Source: Laetmonice hystrix
Lineage: Eukaryota
DNA: 64,000 nucleotides
Direction: 5' to 3'
NCBI GenBank assembly: GCA_965235115.1
Contig: OZ249436.1
Span: 22,134,001 to 22,198,000 of the forward strand
Shown: positions 39,335 to 50,644 of the stretch, piece by piece
How the letters are laid out: every line of letters starts with the position of its first letter
Position numbering within the stretch: the stretch's first letter is position 1
The notes under the pieces: model-generated
What the model was told of the DNA's origin: nothing
Databases searched by the model: none
What the model saw: only the letters and a program-made list of their open reading frames with translations
Program-made: the position numbers and the translations under genes

Positions 39335-40014
39335 CTGAGGGCGGGGGTAGGGGGTTTGAGTGTGGGGGTAGAGGGTCTGAGGGCGGGGGTAGGGGATTTG
39401 AGGCTGGGGGTAGAGGGTCTGAGGGCGGGGGTAGGGGGTTTGAGGGTGGGGGTAGGGGGTGTGAGGGCGGGGTAGAGAGTCTGAGGGCGGGGTACAGGGT
39501 CTAAGGGCGGGGGTAGGTGGTTTGAGGATGGGGGTAGGGGTCTGAGGGCGGGGGTGGGGGGTCTGGGGGCCGGGGTAGGGGGTCTGAGGGCGGAGGTAGG
39601 GGGTCTGAGGGCGGGGGTAGGGGGTCTGAGGGCGGGGGTAGGGGGTCTGAGGGCGGGGGTAGGGGGTCTGAGAGCGGGGGTGGGGGGTCTGAGGGTGGGG
39701 TACGTGGTCTGAGGGCGGGGGTAGGGGGGCTGAGGGCGGGGGTGGGGGGTCTGAGGGTGGGGGTGGGGGGTCTGAGGGCGGGGGTAGGGGGTCTGAGGGC
39801 GGGGGTAGGGGGTCTGAGAGCGGGGGTAGGGGGTCTGAGGGCGAGGGTAGGGGGTCTGAGGGCGGGGTAGGGGGTCTGAGTGCGGGGGTAGGGGGTCTGA
39901 GGGCGGGGGTAGGGGGTCTGAGAGCGGAGGTAGGGGGTCTGAGGGCGGGGGTAGGGGGTCTGAGGGCGGGGGTACGGGGTCTGAGGGCGGGGGTAGGGGG
40001 TCTGAGTGCGGAGG
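39335..40014 (+). repeat. G-rich 20-21-bp minisatellite, about 32 copies, with G-quadruplex potential
   Basis: Unit tctgagggcgggggtaggggg; three G-runs of 3 or more per unit. Confidence 0.95.
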
Positions 40015-40658
40015 CAGATATAGTTCATCGCTGACCTTGGTATGGATATTTTACTTTACCACAGTACACCAAAGATTGTACTAGGATACAATCTTTGAGT
40101 ACACCTTAAGTCATTAATGAAGCGTCATATAATAGGAATATCTCCTTTATGTTTCTATCATTTATTTTATACCACAGCTGGCAAATACGCATGCTACATT
40201 TCAATATGGCAATGGCTGCTGCCAAAGTACTTTGGGCGGAAGACCACCAAAAGGTTATTGCCAAAGTACCAATCAAAATACAGTATTTCTACTTTGGCAG
40301 CAACAAGCCAGGGTAATTGCTGCCAAAGTACCAATGGGCGACTGGCTTACAAACTGCTTGTTGCCTGATCCTGCCAAAGTACTTTGGAAGCAAGAAACAT
40401 GTATACGGTCAACTCGGGGTTGATGCATGTAACAAAGTACTGTGTCCGCATTATAAAGCCACACGATTGTGCAGAAGACCGGCCGTGGGCTTCAGTATCA
40501 AAGTACTTTGTCAGCAACTTTATCAGGAACTCTTATTGCACATGTGGACGAAGAACTTTGTCTGGAAGCGCTGTTACCAAAGTCTATGGGTACACATGCA
40601 CTGAACTGTGAAAGCACAAAAGTTGTTAGGGGACGTTCAGACTATTACCGCGTTATAT

Positions 40659-40808
40659 CAGTGGCGGATCCGGGGGTAGGGATTTAACCCCCTAGCCAAT
40701 TTTGTCTTTTTTTCACCATTGAACGGTCTTAATTGTCCATGACTACTCCCCTCCCCCAGAAAATTCTTCCCTTAACCCCGCCCCTTCCTAAATCCCGCAT
40801 CCGCCCTG
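40659..40808. mobile_element. Small MITE-like insert
   Basis: Ends cagtggcggatcc ... gcatccgccctg (imperfect TIR); no TSD found. Confidence 0.4.
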
Positions 40809-41400
40809 TATCAATACGGTTTTTAATACCAAAGTAGGCCTACTTTGACAGGAAAAAGTGTAATTAGGCCTATACTACAATTTCGAAGCATGACCTACTG
40901 AGCCAACGTCCCTTTTGTCTGGAAACATGAAATATTTGGACCTGAGATTTAGTGTTGACACACTTTTTCATGACACACAAGGACGTTTTTGATGGCGAAG
41001 TACTTTGTCAGGTGACGCTGTCTTAACGTGACGTTTATTGACAGGAAGTAAGTCAGGAAGTCAAGTGGTACTATATGTTGAACATGAGCTTTATTGCTAA
41101 CGACCCTTCACATTGGACATAGAGAATTACAACTGTCGGTGTGGAGAAAATCTTAGGTGTAAAAGCAAAAGGTATACTCGTAGTTTGCTGACGTAGTCAA
41201 GGTAACCTGGTAATGTAGGCCTACTTATACATGTAGGCCTATATAATTTGGAGATGCCAATTAACATGCGAAACTGTGTAACCCTGAAAAAAAGCCTTTC
41301 AGAACTTCCTTCGCGAGTTACAGTAAAACAGTAATTTGGCCTGAATCTGTATAGTAATATGGAACACTTGGAAAAAGTGGACACCAGTGGCAACAATAAT

Positions 41401-42152
41401 TTGGTAATCGCAAAGCAGCCTAACCCCCTACCCCTTGCTGCCACAGTACTTTGGTAATAGCAAAACAGCCTAACCCCCTACCCCTTGCTGCTTCAGTACT
41501 TTGGTAATAGCAAAGCAGCCTAACCCCCTACCCCTTGCTGCCGCAGTACCTTGGCAATAACAATGCAGCCTAACCCCCTACCCCTTGCTGCCACAGTACT
41601 TTGGTAATAACAAAGCAGCCTAACCCCCTACCCCTTGCTGCCACAGTACCTTGGCAAAAACAATGCATCCTAACCCCCTACCCCGTGCTGCCACAGTACT
41701 TTGGTAATAACAAAGCAGCCTAACCCCCTACCCCTTGCTGCCACAGTACCTTGGCAAAAACAATGCATCCTAACCCCCTACCCCTTGCTGCCACAGTACC
41801 TTGGCAATAACAATGCAGCCTAACGCCCTACCCCTTGCTGCCACAGTACCTTGGCAATAACAATGCAGCCTAACGCCCTACCCCTTGCTGCCACAGTACC
41901 TTGGCAATAACAATGCAGCCTCACCCCCTGCCCCTTGCTGCCACAGTACTTTGGTAATAGCAAAGCAGCCTAACCCCCCTACCTCTTGCTGCCACAGTAC
42001 TTTGGTAATAACAAAGCAGCCTAACCCCCTACCCCTTGCTGCCACAGTACCTTGGCAATAACAATGCAGCCTAACCCCCTGCCCCTTGCTGCCACAGTAC
42101 CTTGGCAATGACAATACAGCCTACCCCCCCCCCCCCCCTTGCTGCCACAGTA
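41401..42152. repeat. 50-bp minisatellite, left array, about 15 copies
   Basis: Unit taaccccctaccccttgctgccacagtac(t/c)ttgg(t/c)aataacaa(a/t)gcagcc. Confidence 0.96.
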
Positions 42153-42401
42153 ACAATTTGTTAACCGATGTTGTCAGCTTTGGTTTCCATTGTCTAAGCT
42201 GTTCACATTGATAATGAAACCAGACATGACAATTGTCGCACTGGATTTTTTTTGGCGCGGCCAGTCCCTGTGCAGTCCCTCGCTCCACAGTCATTTGAAT
42301 GGTTCGGCCAAGAACTGCTGGTACGTATGTTGGCGGTAGTCTGGTACGTGGAGCTGCGTGAGTGATGGAGGTGCCACTCCTCTCACGAGTGCATCTGCAT
42401 T
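42153..42401 (-). pseudogene. Frameshifted exon encoding a Ulp1(C48 peptidase)-C-terminus-like helix followed by a PHD finger, probably from a DNA-transposon gene
   Basis: Acceptor attcttgttaattcag|AAT. Removing one A at each of two A-runs (~42295 and 42246-53) gives NADALVRGVAPPSLTQLHVPDYRQHTYQQFLAEPFNDCGARDCTGTGRAKKIQCDNCHVWFHYQCEQL. C-x4-C ... IQCDxCxxWFHxxC is a PHD pattern. The Ulp1 resemblance is weaker. Confidence 0.6.
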
Positions 42402-42562
42402 CTGAATTAACAAGAATGTCGACACTCATCAATAAATCAATTTTATTTTTACCAAATTGATCAGTCTCTTTGCCATAAATGGTAAAGTTTATGGTTACAG
42501 TGCAAGTAATCAAAGAGTCTATCAATTTTAATTGAAATGACAGATGGCATGGTTTCTGATTG

Positions 42563-43800
42563 AATATTACCAAGATAATGTGAGAGCAAGGGGCAGGGCG
42601 CTAGGCTGTATTGTTATTGCCAAGATACTGTGGCAGCAAGGGGCAGAGGGTTACGCTGCATTGTTATTGCCAAAGTACTGTGGCAGCAAGGGGCAAGGCG
42701 TTAGGCTGCATAGTTATTGCCAAAGTACTTTGGCAGCAAGCGGTAGAGGGTTACGCTGCATTGCTATTGCCAAAGTACTGTGGTAGCAAGAGGTAGGGGG
42801 TTAGGCTGCATTGCTATTGCCAAAGTACTGTGGCGGCAAGGGGCAAGGCGTTAGGCTCCATGGTTATTGACAAAGTACTGTGGCAGCAAGCGGCAGAGGG
42901 TTACGCTGCATTGCTATTGCCAAAGTACTGTGGTAGCAAGAGTTAGGGGGTTAGGCTGCATTGCTATTGCCAAAGTACTGTGGCAGCAAGGGGCAAGGCG
43001 TTAGGCTGCATGGTTATTGACAAAGTACTGTGGCAGCAAGCGGCAGAGGGTTACGCTGCATTGCTATTGCCAAAGTACTGTGGTAGCAAGAGTTAGGGGG
43101 TTAGGCTGCATTGCTATTGTCAAAGTACTGTGGCAGCAAGGGGCAAGGCGTTAGGCTGCATGGTTATTGACAAAGTACTGTAGCAGCAAGGGGCAGGGGG
43201 TTAGGCTGTATTGTTATTGCCAAAGTAACTGTGGCAGCAAGGGGTAGGGAGTTAGGCTGCATTGTTATTGCCAAGGTACTGTGGCAGCAAGGGGTAGGGC
43301 GTTAGTCTGCATTGTTATTGCCAAAGTAATGTGGTAGCAAGAGGTAGGGGGTTAGGCTGCATTGTTATTGCCAAAGTACTGTGGCAGCAAGGGTAGGGCG
43401 TTAGGCTCTATTGTTATTGCCAAAGTACTGTGGCAGCAAGGGGTAGGGGGTTAGGCTGTATTGTTATTGCCAAAGTAACTGTGGCAGCAAGGGTAGGAGG
43501 TTGGCTGCATGGTTATTGCCAAGGTACTGTGGCAGCAAGGGGTAGGGCGTTAGGCTGCATTGTTATTGCCAAAGTAATGGTGCAGCAAGTGCAGCACAGT
43601 TAGGCTGCATTGTTATTGCCAAGGTACTGTGGCAGCAAGGGGTAGGGCGTTAGGCTGCATTGTTATTGCCAAAGTAATGTGGTAGCAAGAGGTAGGGGGT
43701 TAGGCTGCATTGTTATTGCCAAAGTACTGTGGTAGCAAGGGGCAAGGCGGTAGGCTGCATTGTTATTGCCAAAGTACTGTGGCAGCAAGGGGTAGGGCGT
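42563..43800. repeat. 50-bp minisatellite, right array, about 24 copies; reverse complement of the 41401-42152 array
   Basis: Unit ttgttattgccaaagtactgtggcagcaaggggtagggggttaggctgca. Confidence 0.96.
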
Positions 43801-43902
43801 ATCATAATCACATCTGTAATAGCTAAGGTCTGGCCTTGTTGCACCCCTATAACAATCATGGCAAAATGATTTTAGCTTCGCTCTGAGTTACCGTTAATCA
43901 TG

Positions 43903-44238
43903 TCAAATAATGTAGAAATGAACTAACCTTATCCCCTCTGGGATCCGTATGTCTTGTCTTCCTGGGTGTTTTTGTAGATACGTCTTCACAGTTTCTGAGG
44001 CGTATATGTGATAAAAAACATTCCGACCCTGCTTGTACTGGTCAAATGCCTCAGAAAAGCTATGGTCCGTCGAAAACGTGTCACCCAGCTTCATTACAGC
44101 AGGACTAGTCAAGATGGCACCTCCTGGTCCTAGTCTTGGCGCCAAAAAATCTAGGTCATATGTAACAAAGCTTCTGATTGGTACTTTGACAATAGCGTTT
44201 TGGTCGTCTTCCACCCAAAGTACTTTGGCAGTAGACAC
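43903..44238 (-). other. Protein-like ORF fragment (~110 codons), possibly part of the same decayed gene as the PHD exon
   Basis: Open, non-repetitive frame (…YDLDFLAPRLGPGGAILTSPAVMKLGDTFSTDHSFSEAFDQYKQGRNVFYHIYASETVKTYLQKHPGRQDIRIPEGIR) on the same strand, with a possible donor ag|gttagt. No family recognised. Confidence 0.25.
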
Positions 44239-45797
44239 TCCGTTTCAATATACTATGTTTTCAAGCATATTTATGCTTTATGTTCAGCCCCATCACGATA
44301 TGTTCTCATTGATAACTGTCAAGACAGGGTCAACCTTGCATGGTTCATACACCTTGTAATCAACGAGTATGGAATAATGTTATACTGTTTTTTTTACGAA
44401 CCCTCCCCCCTCCCTGCCCCCGCCCTGGTAACTATTACAGAGATATTCTGACAGGCAAGGAATCAGTACACGACAGCTTGTCTGAGCTGTACTTCTCCTT
44501 CATCACTGTCTATTAGCAATGTGACCGTATCGTGAATAGTCGACCAGTTGGCCACCACGTGTTCACCATTTCTCTTCCATGGTATAACAAAGAAAGGTTG
44601 GGATATAGGAGGCTTTTCTTCACGCGTGCCTCCGAATATTATATTGTAAGATATGTAAGACATCGTTCGAATTAAAAGGCACTAATTTATTATTTTTGTG
44701 TGTGCAATTAGACATATAAAATGTATACTTTCTGCGTAAAACAGTAGAACAATTATTGTGTCACTCATTGCGTCAGGTGAGGACGATGGATTCAGCGTCC
44801 CGTGTCAAGGATTTACGAAAAACACGACGACCAACAAAATATGCTGGGATGGCATTAACACATCTGCGACTCTTACGTAAAGAGTCGGGGGTGAATTGAA
44901 GCGTGACTCGCCCCCGGCGGCGATAAAAGCCAGCCCGGGCGGGGTGGGATTAGAACCCGGCTCGGCGCTCCTTAATACACCCCCACGGTGCCAGTGTCCG
45001 CCACCCCAGCCATCAGGTCGACTTCACACGGCAAGGACGGGGTGTAGAAAATGACGCCAACGGGTCAGTGACTGTGATTATGTTGATTTCACGCTGGTTT
45101 ACTCTCTCACCTGTGGGCCTGCGAGGTGGGCCCGTGTTTTGGGTACATATTTAGGAGGCAAATTCAAGCTTAATGAGCTGAGAGTAAGTCTCAGCTAGCC
45201 CTCCCCCATTGACCATTGTCAGTATTACCACAAGCGAACATTTCCTCACTTAGTCTGGTATAACTTTAAGATCTGGTGATTTTCTACTCACCAAGGTACC
45301 ATGTGGACTCTAACATAACCAGACAAAAGCCACATTGGGACTGAACTTTACAAGAAGTCTGTCTGGAATAAAATACGGTTGTTTCAGTGTGTAGAATATC
45401 ACTAAATGATGCCCCTTGTCAGCAAATTGAGTCTGTATAGTATACTGTAGGTGTGTGGAGGGGGGGGGGGGGTCGGGGGCCCCTTTTATCAAACAGTGCC
45501 CCTAAAATGTTCAAGATTGATAATGAAGTGGAGTTGGCAGCTTCTGGAAGCTCTGTGTTGACCAGGTGCCCCATGAAGTCGAATTCGACCCACCCTTTGG
45601 AAATCCTGGAGACACCTATGTATGGACGGATATTTATAAAGCTCCCAAAATAAGTAAATTCCAGTGACATATAATTTATAGTCTCTTTATGCCCTAATCG
45701 GGTTAAAAGGGCGATCAGTGGATTCCTAATGATAACAGGAAGTGATATGTAATCTCTCCTCCAAATATAGTGGAGACAACTGATGGGTTATTGTTAT

Positions 45798-47329
45798 TTA
45801 GCACACGCCTGGCTGCTCCCAGCGTGTGTTATAGGCCCAAAACCGTGAAATTATTAGAGCCATAATTCACGGGTATGACGCGTCATGAATTGACCAATCG
45901 GAGAGGGTGCTCATTCGAATTCATTGTGTTTGCCTGTCCTCGCTTTAAGGTTGTCAATAGGTAGAACTAGCAACTAATGGAGTGTTAATGGCTGAGACTT
46001 CGCAGTTGTTATAGAATTACGAGAAGAAACCCGTCTGTATAGTTCAGTTGGGTCGTTTCGATTCGATATGCCCACAGCGAACTCTGTTTACATCGTTTAA
46101 ATGACGCGCCGAGTCCATTTGCCTAGTAGAGGGGATGGCGCTATTGCTGAATGCATGGCCTTAATGTTCCGTCCAATCAGAAAGCTCCTTTTATAGGCTC
46201 GCTAAGTCAATGAAAGTCACGTGATAACGATCGACCAATAGTGAAGCGTGGTACAAATCGGCCGGTTCAAAGGTCATTGTGGGAGGCCCCCCGACCTCAG
46301 AATGTAAACAAGATGTGGTGGCCGCAGTTGCTGAATGAAATCGCCGGTAAAAGCTCAACTGGGTGTAGTTTTGGCACTGTTTGAATTGTTTATAGTTATA
46401 GGTTGTGTGCTAAAGTAAATAAAGCACTGCCAGAGCCAGTCTCGACGTTGTTCTGGCGATATAATGCACTCGCCTTCGGCTCGTGCATTATTTCGCCATA
46501 ACAACGTCTCGACTGGCTCTGACAGTGCTTTATCCACTAAATAGTCCATAGCCCTATATACGACCACAGTGCCTTATTTCTAATTAGCACACGCCTGGCT
46601 GCTCCCAGCGTGTGTTATAGGCCCAAAACCGTGAAATTATTAGAGCCATAATTCACGGGTATGACGCGTCATGAATTGACCAATCGGAGAGGGTGCTCAT
46701 TCGAATTCATTGTGTTTGCCTGTCCTCGCTTCAAGGTTGTCAATAGGTAGAACTAGCAACTAATGGAGTGTTAATGGCTGAGACTTCGCAGTTGTTATAG
46801 AATTACGAGAAGAAACCCGTCTGTATAGTTCAGTTGGGTCGTTTCGATTCGATATGCCCACAGCGAACTCTGTTTACATCGTTTAAATGACGCGCCGAGT
46901 CCATTTGCCTAGTAGAGGGGATGGCGCTATTGCTGAATGCATGGCCTTAATGTTCCGTCCAATCAGAAAGCTCCTTTTATAGGCTCGCTAAGTCAATGAA
47001 AGTCACGTGATAACGATCGACCAATAGTGAAGCGTGGTACAAATCGGCCGGTTCAAAGGTCATTGTGGGAGGCCCCCCGACCTCAGAATGTAAACAAGAT
47101 GTGGTGGCCACAGTTGCTGAATGAAATCGCCGGTAAAAGCTCAACTGGGTGTAGTTTTGGCACTGTTTGAATTGTTTATAGTTATAGGTTGTGTGCTAAA
47201 GTAAATAAAGCACTGCCAGAGCCAGTCTCGACGTTGTTCTGGCCATATAATGCACTCGCCTTCGGCTCGTGCATTATTTCGCCATAACAACGTCTCGACT
47301 GGCTCTGACAGTGCTTTATCCACTAAATA
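45798..47329. repeat. Head-to-tail duplication of a 786-bp unit (second copy 3'-truncated); probable non-autonomous TE dimer
   Basis: gcacacgcctgg starts at 45801 and at 46587; cactaaata ends at 46543 and at 47329. The copies differ at only a few positions that I could see. Confidence 0.95.
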
Positions 47330-47772
47330 TTGTATATTTCATCCTGTTTGCTTGCTAACGTATCCGTTGGCAGCAATTCATCAATTATGACATGTGATAG
47401 ATGTCTAGCAGAAAATGATGAATTATTATGTGAGCCTACTTTGCCTCAGGTAAGTATGTCCATTACTAACGTTCAAGTCACAGGACATCGCCGTAATGTG
47501 TCCTTGATTAGGAACACCTAAGTGCATAATATACATAACATGTGGCTGGCAATAACGTACCGTATGTCATAGGTGTCTAATTGATACAGCCCATGTCACA
47601 TGTCGGAAACCGAGCGATATTATGTGCACATACAGCGTCGTCCTGTAACTATTAATCGGATGTGTATAATGCATCATATAATGCATCAGAAATCAACTTT
47701 TGAGCGATGTCGAGACGTTTTTATGCCTTAATAATATACCGTCAACACGGCCAAACACCTAATCTCGTATAG

Positions 47773-48418
47773 TGTACGTCAATCATCTTGACCTGTATGT
47801 AGTACGTCAACACATCAACATACAACACCAACACATCTTGGCCCGTATGTAGTACGTCAACACGTCTACATACAACACCAACACATCTTGGCCCGTATGT
47901 AGTACGTCAACACGTCTACATACAACACCAACACATCTTGGCCCGTATGTAGTACGTCACCACGTCTACATACAACACCAACACATCTTGGCCCGTATGT
48001 AGTACGTTAACACGTCTACATACAACACCAACACATCTTGGCCTGTATGTAGTACGTCAACACATCTACATACAACACCAACACATCTTGGCCCGTATGT
48101 AGTACGTCAACACGTCTACATACAACACCAAGGCATCTTGGCCCGTATATAATACGTCTACATAATAACACCGACACATCTTTGCCCGTATGGAGTACGC
48201 GAAACGTCTATATACAGCACCAACACATCTTGACCCGTATGTAGTACGTCAACACGTCTACATACAACACCACCACTTCTTGGCATGTATGTAGTACGTC
48301 AGCACATCTACACAACACCAACACATCTTGGCCTGTATATAATACGTCTACATAAAACACCAACAAATTTTGGCCCATATGTAGTACGTCAACACGTCTA
48401 CGTACAACACCAACACAT
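47773..48418. repeat. 50-bp minisatellite, about 13 copies, followed by a (CT)n microsatellite to ~48498
   Basis: Unit tacaacaccaacacatcttggcccgtatgtagtacgtcaacacgtctaca. Confidence 0.95.
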
Positions 48419-49289
48419 ATCTCTCTTTCTCTCTCTATCTCTCTCTCTCTCTCTCTGTCTCTCTGTATCTCTCTCTATCTATCTCTCTCTCTCTTCCTCT
48501 ATTATAGATTAGCTACTATGTGACCTGATTTATTCATGCTGGTTCATGGGCCGTGTCATTGAGCGATGGAGACGGGCACGTCTTGGCACGTATAGCTAAT
48601 ACACATGCGTCGTGGTTGAGTGAAACATTGTATTATTCATAGATCTACAGAAACAACCCATTGCAGATAACATGTTTCATGTCGGCCCGGCTATACAGGA
48701 GGGTATCGAGCATGGAAACGGTGTGGTGTGGGCCTATACAACAAAATGTATCCTGGTCATTGGCCTTTTCTCATGTCAGAAATCGATTGTGTGAAGTAAG
48801 TGGCTCCTGGCGAGATATACCGACATGCAACGTTACACTACCTAAGTATAATTATATATAAGAATTCACTTCTCCGTGAAGCCTACAGTCTGATGCATAT
48901 GATACATTATGATGATGGGTGGACATGCAGGATGACATATTGACCCTGGTTGTGCCTGGCTTCAGTAAAGTCATCAGTGACACTGTTCCTTTAAATATGC
49001 ATTAGCGTACGGAGAACACAGGGACGAGTTCACGGAACATATTTAATAATTACTTACACGTCGTAAAAATACAGGTAGAGGACCAATGAAGGTACCCGTC
49101 AAACCAAATTATTAGGAATTATGAGAATCATAACTTTTTTGTCATATTTGATACCTATTAGTTGTATTATTTATACCAACATGAAGGGAAAATAGAGGGC
49201 GTCTACATAGGAAGACTGAGTACGTCTCTGTGTGTATTTAAACCTCAAATGATGGGGCGCGACAAGCCGCAGCCACTGAGATAACACAC

Positions 49290-50644
49290 ATCATCACCGG
49301 TACCATTTTTACTAATATACATGAGGGGTATTGAATCATCACCGGTACCATTTTTACTAATATACATGAGGGGTATTGGATCATCACCGGTACCATTTTT
49401 ACTAATATACATGAGGGGTATTGAATCATCACCGGTACCATTTTTACTAATATACATGAGGGGTATTGAATCATCACCGGTATCATATTTACTAATATAC
49501 ATGAGGGGTATTGAATCATCACCGGTATCATATTTACTAATATACATGAGGGGTATTGAATCATCACCGGTACCATTTTTACTAATATACATGAGGGGTA
49601 TTGAATCATCACCGGTACCATTTTTACTAATATACATGACGGGTATTTAATCATCACCGGTATCATATTTACTAATATACATGAGGGGTATTGAATCATC
49701 ACCGGTATCATATTTACTAATATACATGAGGGGTATTGAATCATCACCGGTACCATTTTTACTAATATACATGAGGGGTATTGAATCATCACCGGTATCA
49801 TATTTACTAATATACATGAGGGGTATTGAATCATCCCCGGTATCATATTTACTAATATACATGAGGGGTATTGAATCATCCCCGGTATCATATTTACTAA
49901 TATACATGAGGGGTATTGAATCATCCCCGGTATCATATTTACTAATATACATGAGGGGTATTGAATCATCACCGGTACCATTTTTACTAATATACATGAG
50001 GGGTATTGAATCATCCCCGGTATCATATTTACTAATATACATGAGGGGTATTGAATCATCACCGGTACCATTTTTACTAATATACATGAGGGGTATTGAA
50101 TCATCACCGGTATCATTTTTACTAATATACATGAGGGGTATTGAATCATCCCCGGTATCATATTTACTAATATACATGAGGGGTATTGAATCATCACCGG
50201 TATCATTTTTACTAATATACATGAGGGGTATTGAATCATCACCGGTATCATTTTTACTAATATACATGAGGGGTATTGAATCATCACCGGTATCATTTTT
50301 ACTAATACACATGACGGGTATTGAATCATCACCGGTATCATTTTTACTAATATACATGAGGGGTATTGAATCATCACCGGTATCATTTTTACTAATACAC
50401 ATGACGGGTATTGAATCATCACCGGTATCATTTTTACTAATATACATGAGGGGTATTGAATCATCACCGGTATCATTTTTACTAATACACATGACGGGTA
50501 TTGAATCATCACCGGTATCATTTTTACTAATACACATGAGGGGTATTGAATCATCACCGGTATCATTTTTACTAATATACATGACGGGTATTGAATCATC
50601 ACCGGTATCATTTTTACTAATACACATGACGGGTATGGAATCAT
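49290..50644. repeat. 45-bp minisatellite, about 30 copies
   Basis: Unit tcatcaccggta(c/t)cat(t/a)tttactaatatacatgaggggtattgaa; explains the 15-aa periodic ORFs. Confidence 0.97.

Noticed and set aside
39501-40028. Pro-rich extensin/collagen-like ORF
   Set aside because: It is simply the translation of the C-rich strand of the 21-bp minisatellite.
44463-44663. IPWKRNGEHVVANW…TLLIDS as the Ulp1 His/Asp catalytic segment
   Set aside because: It lacks the conserved HW and no catalytic Cys motif follows; the similarity is too weak to call.
44935-45020. tRNA or tRNA-derived SINE (minus-strand gggttctaatccc B-box-like)
   Set aside because: No cloverleaf, no matching acceptor stem and no convincing A box.
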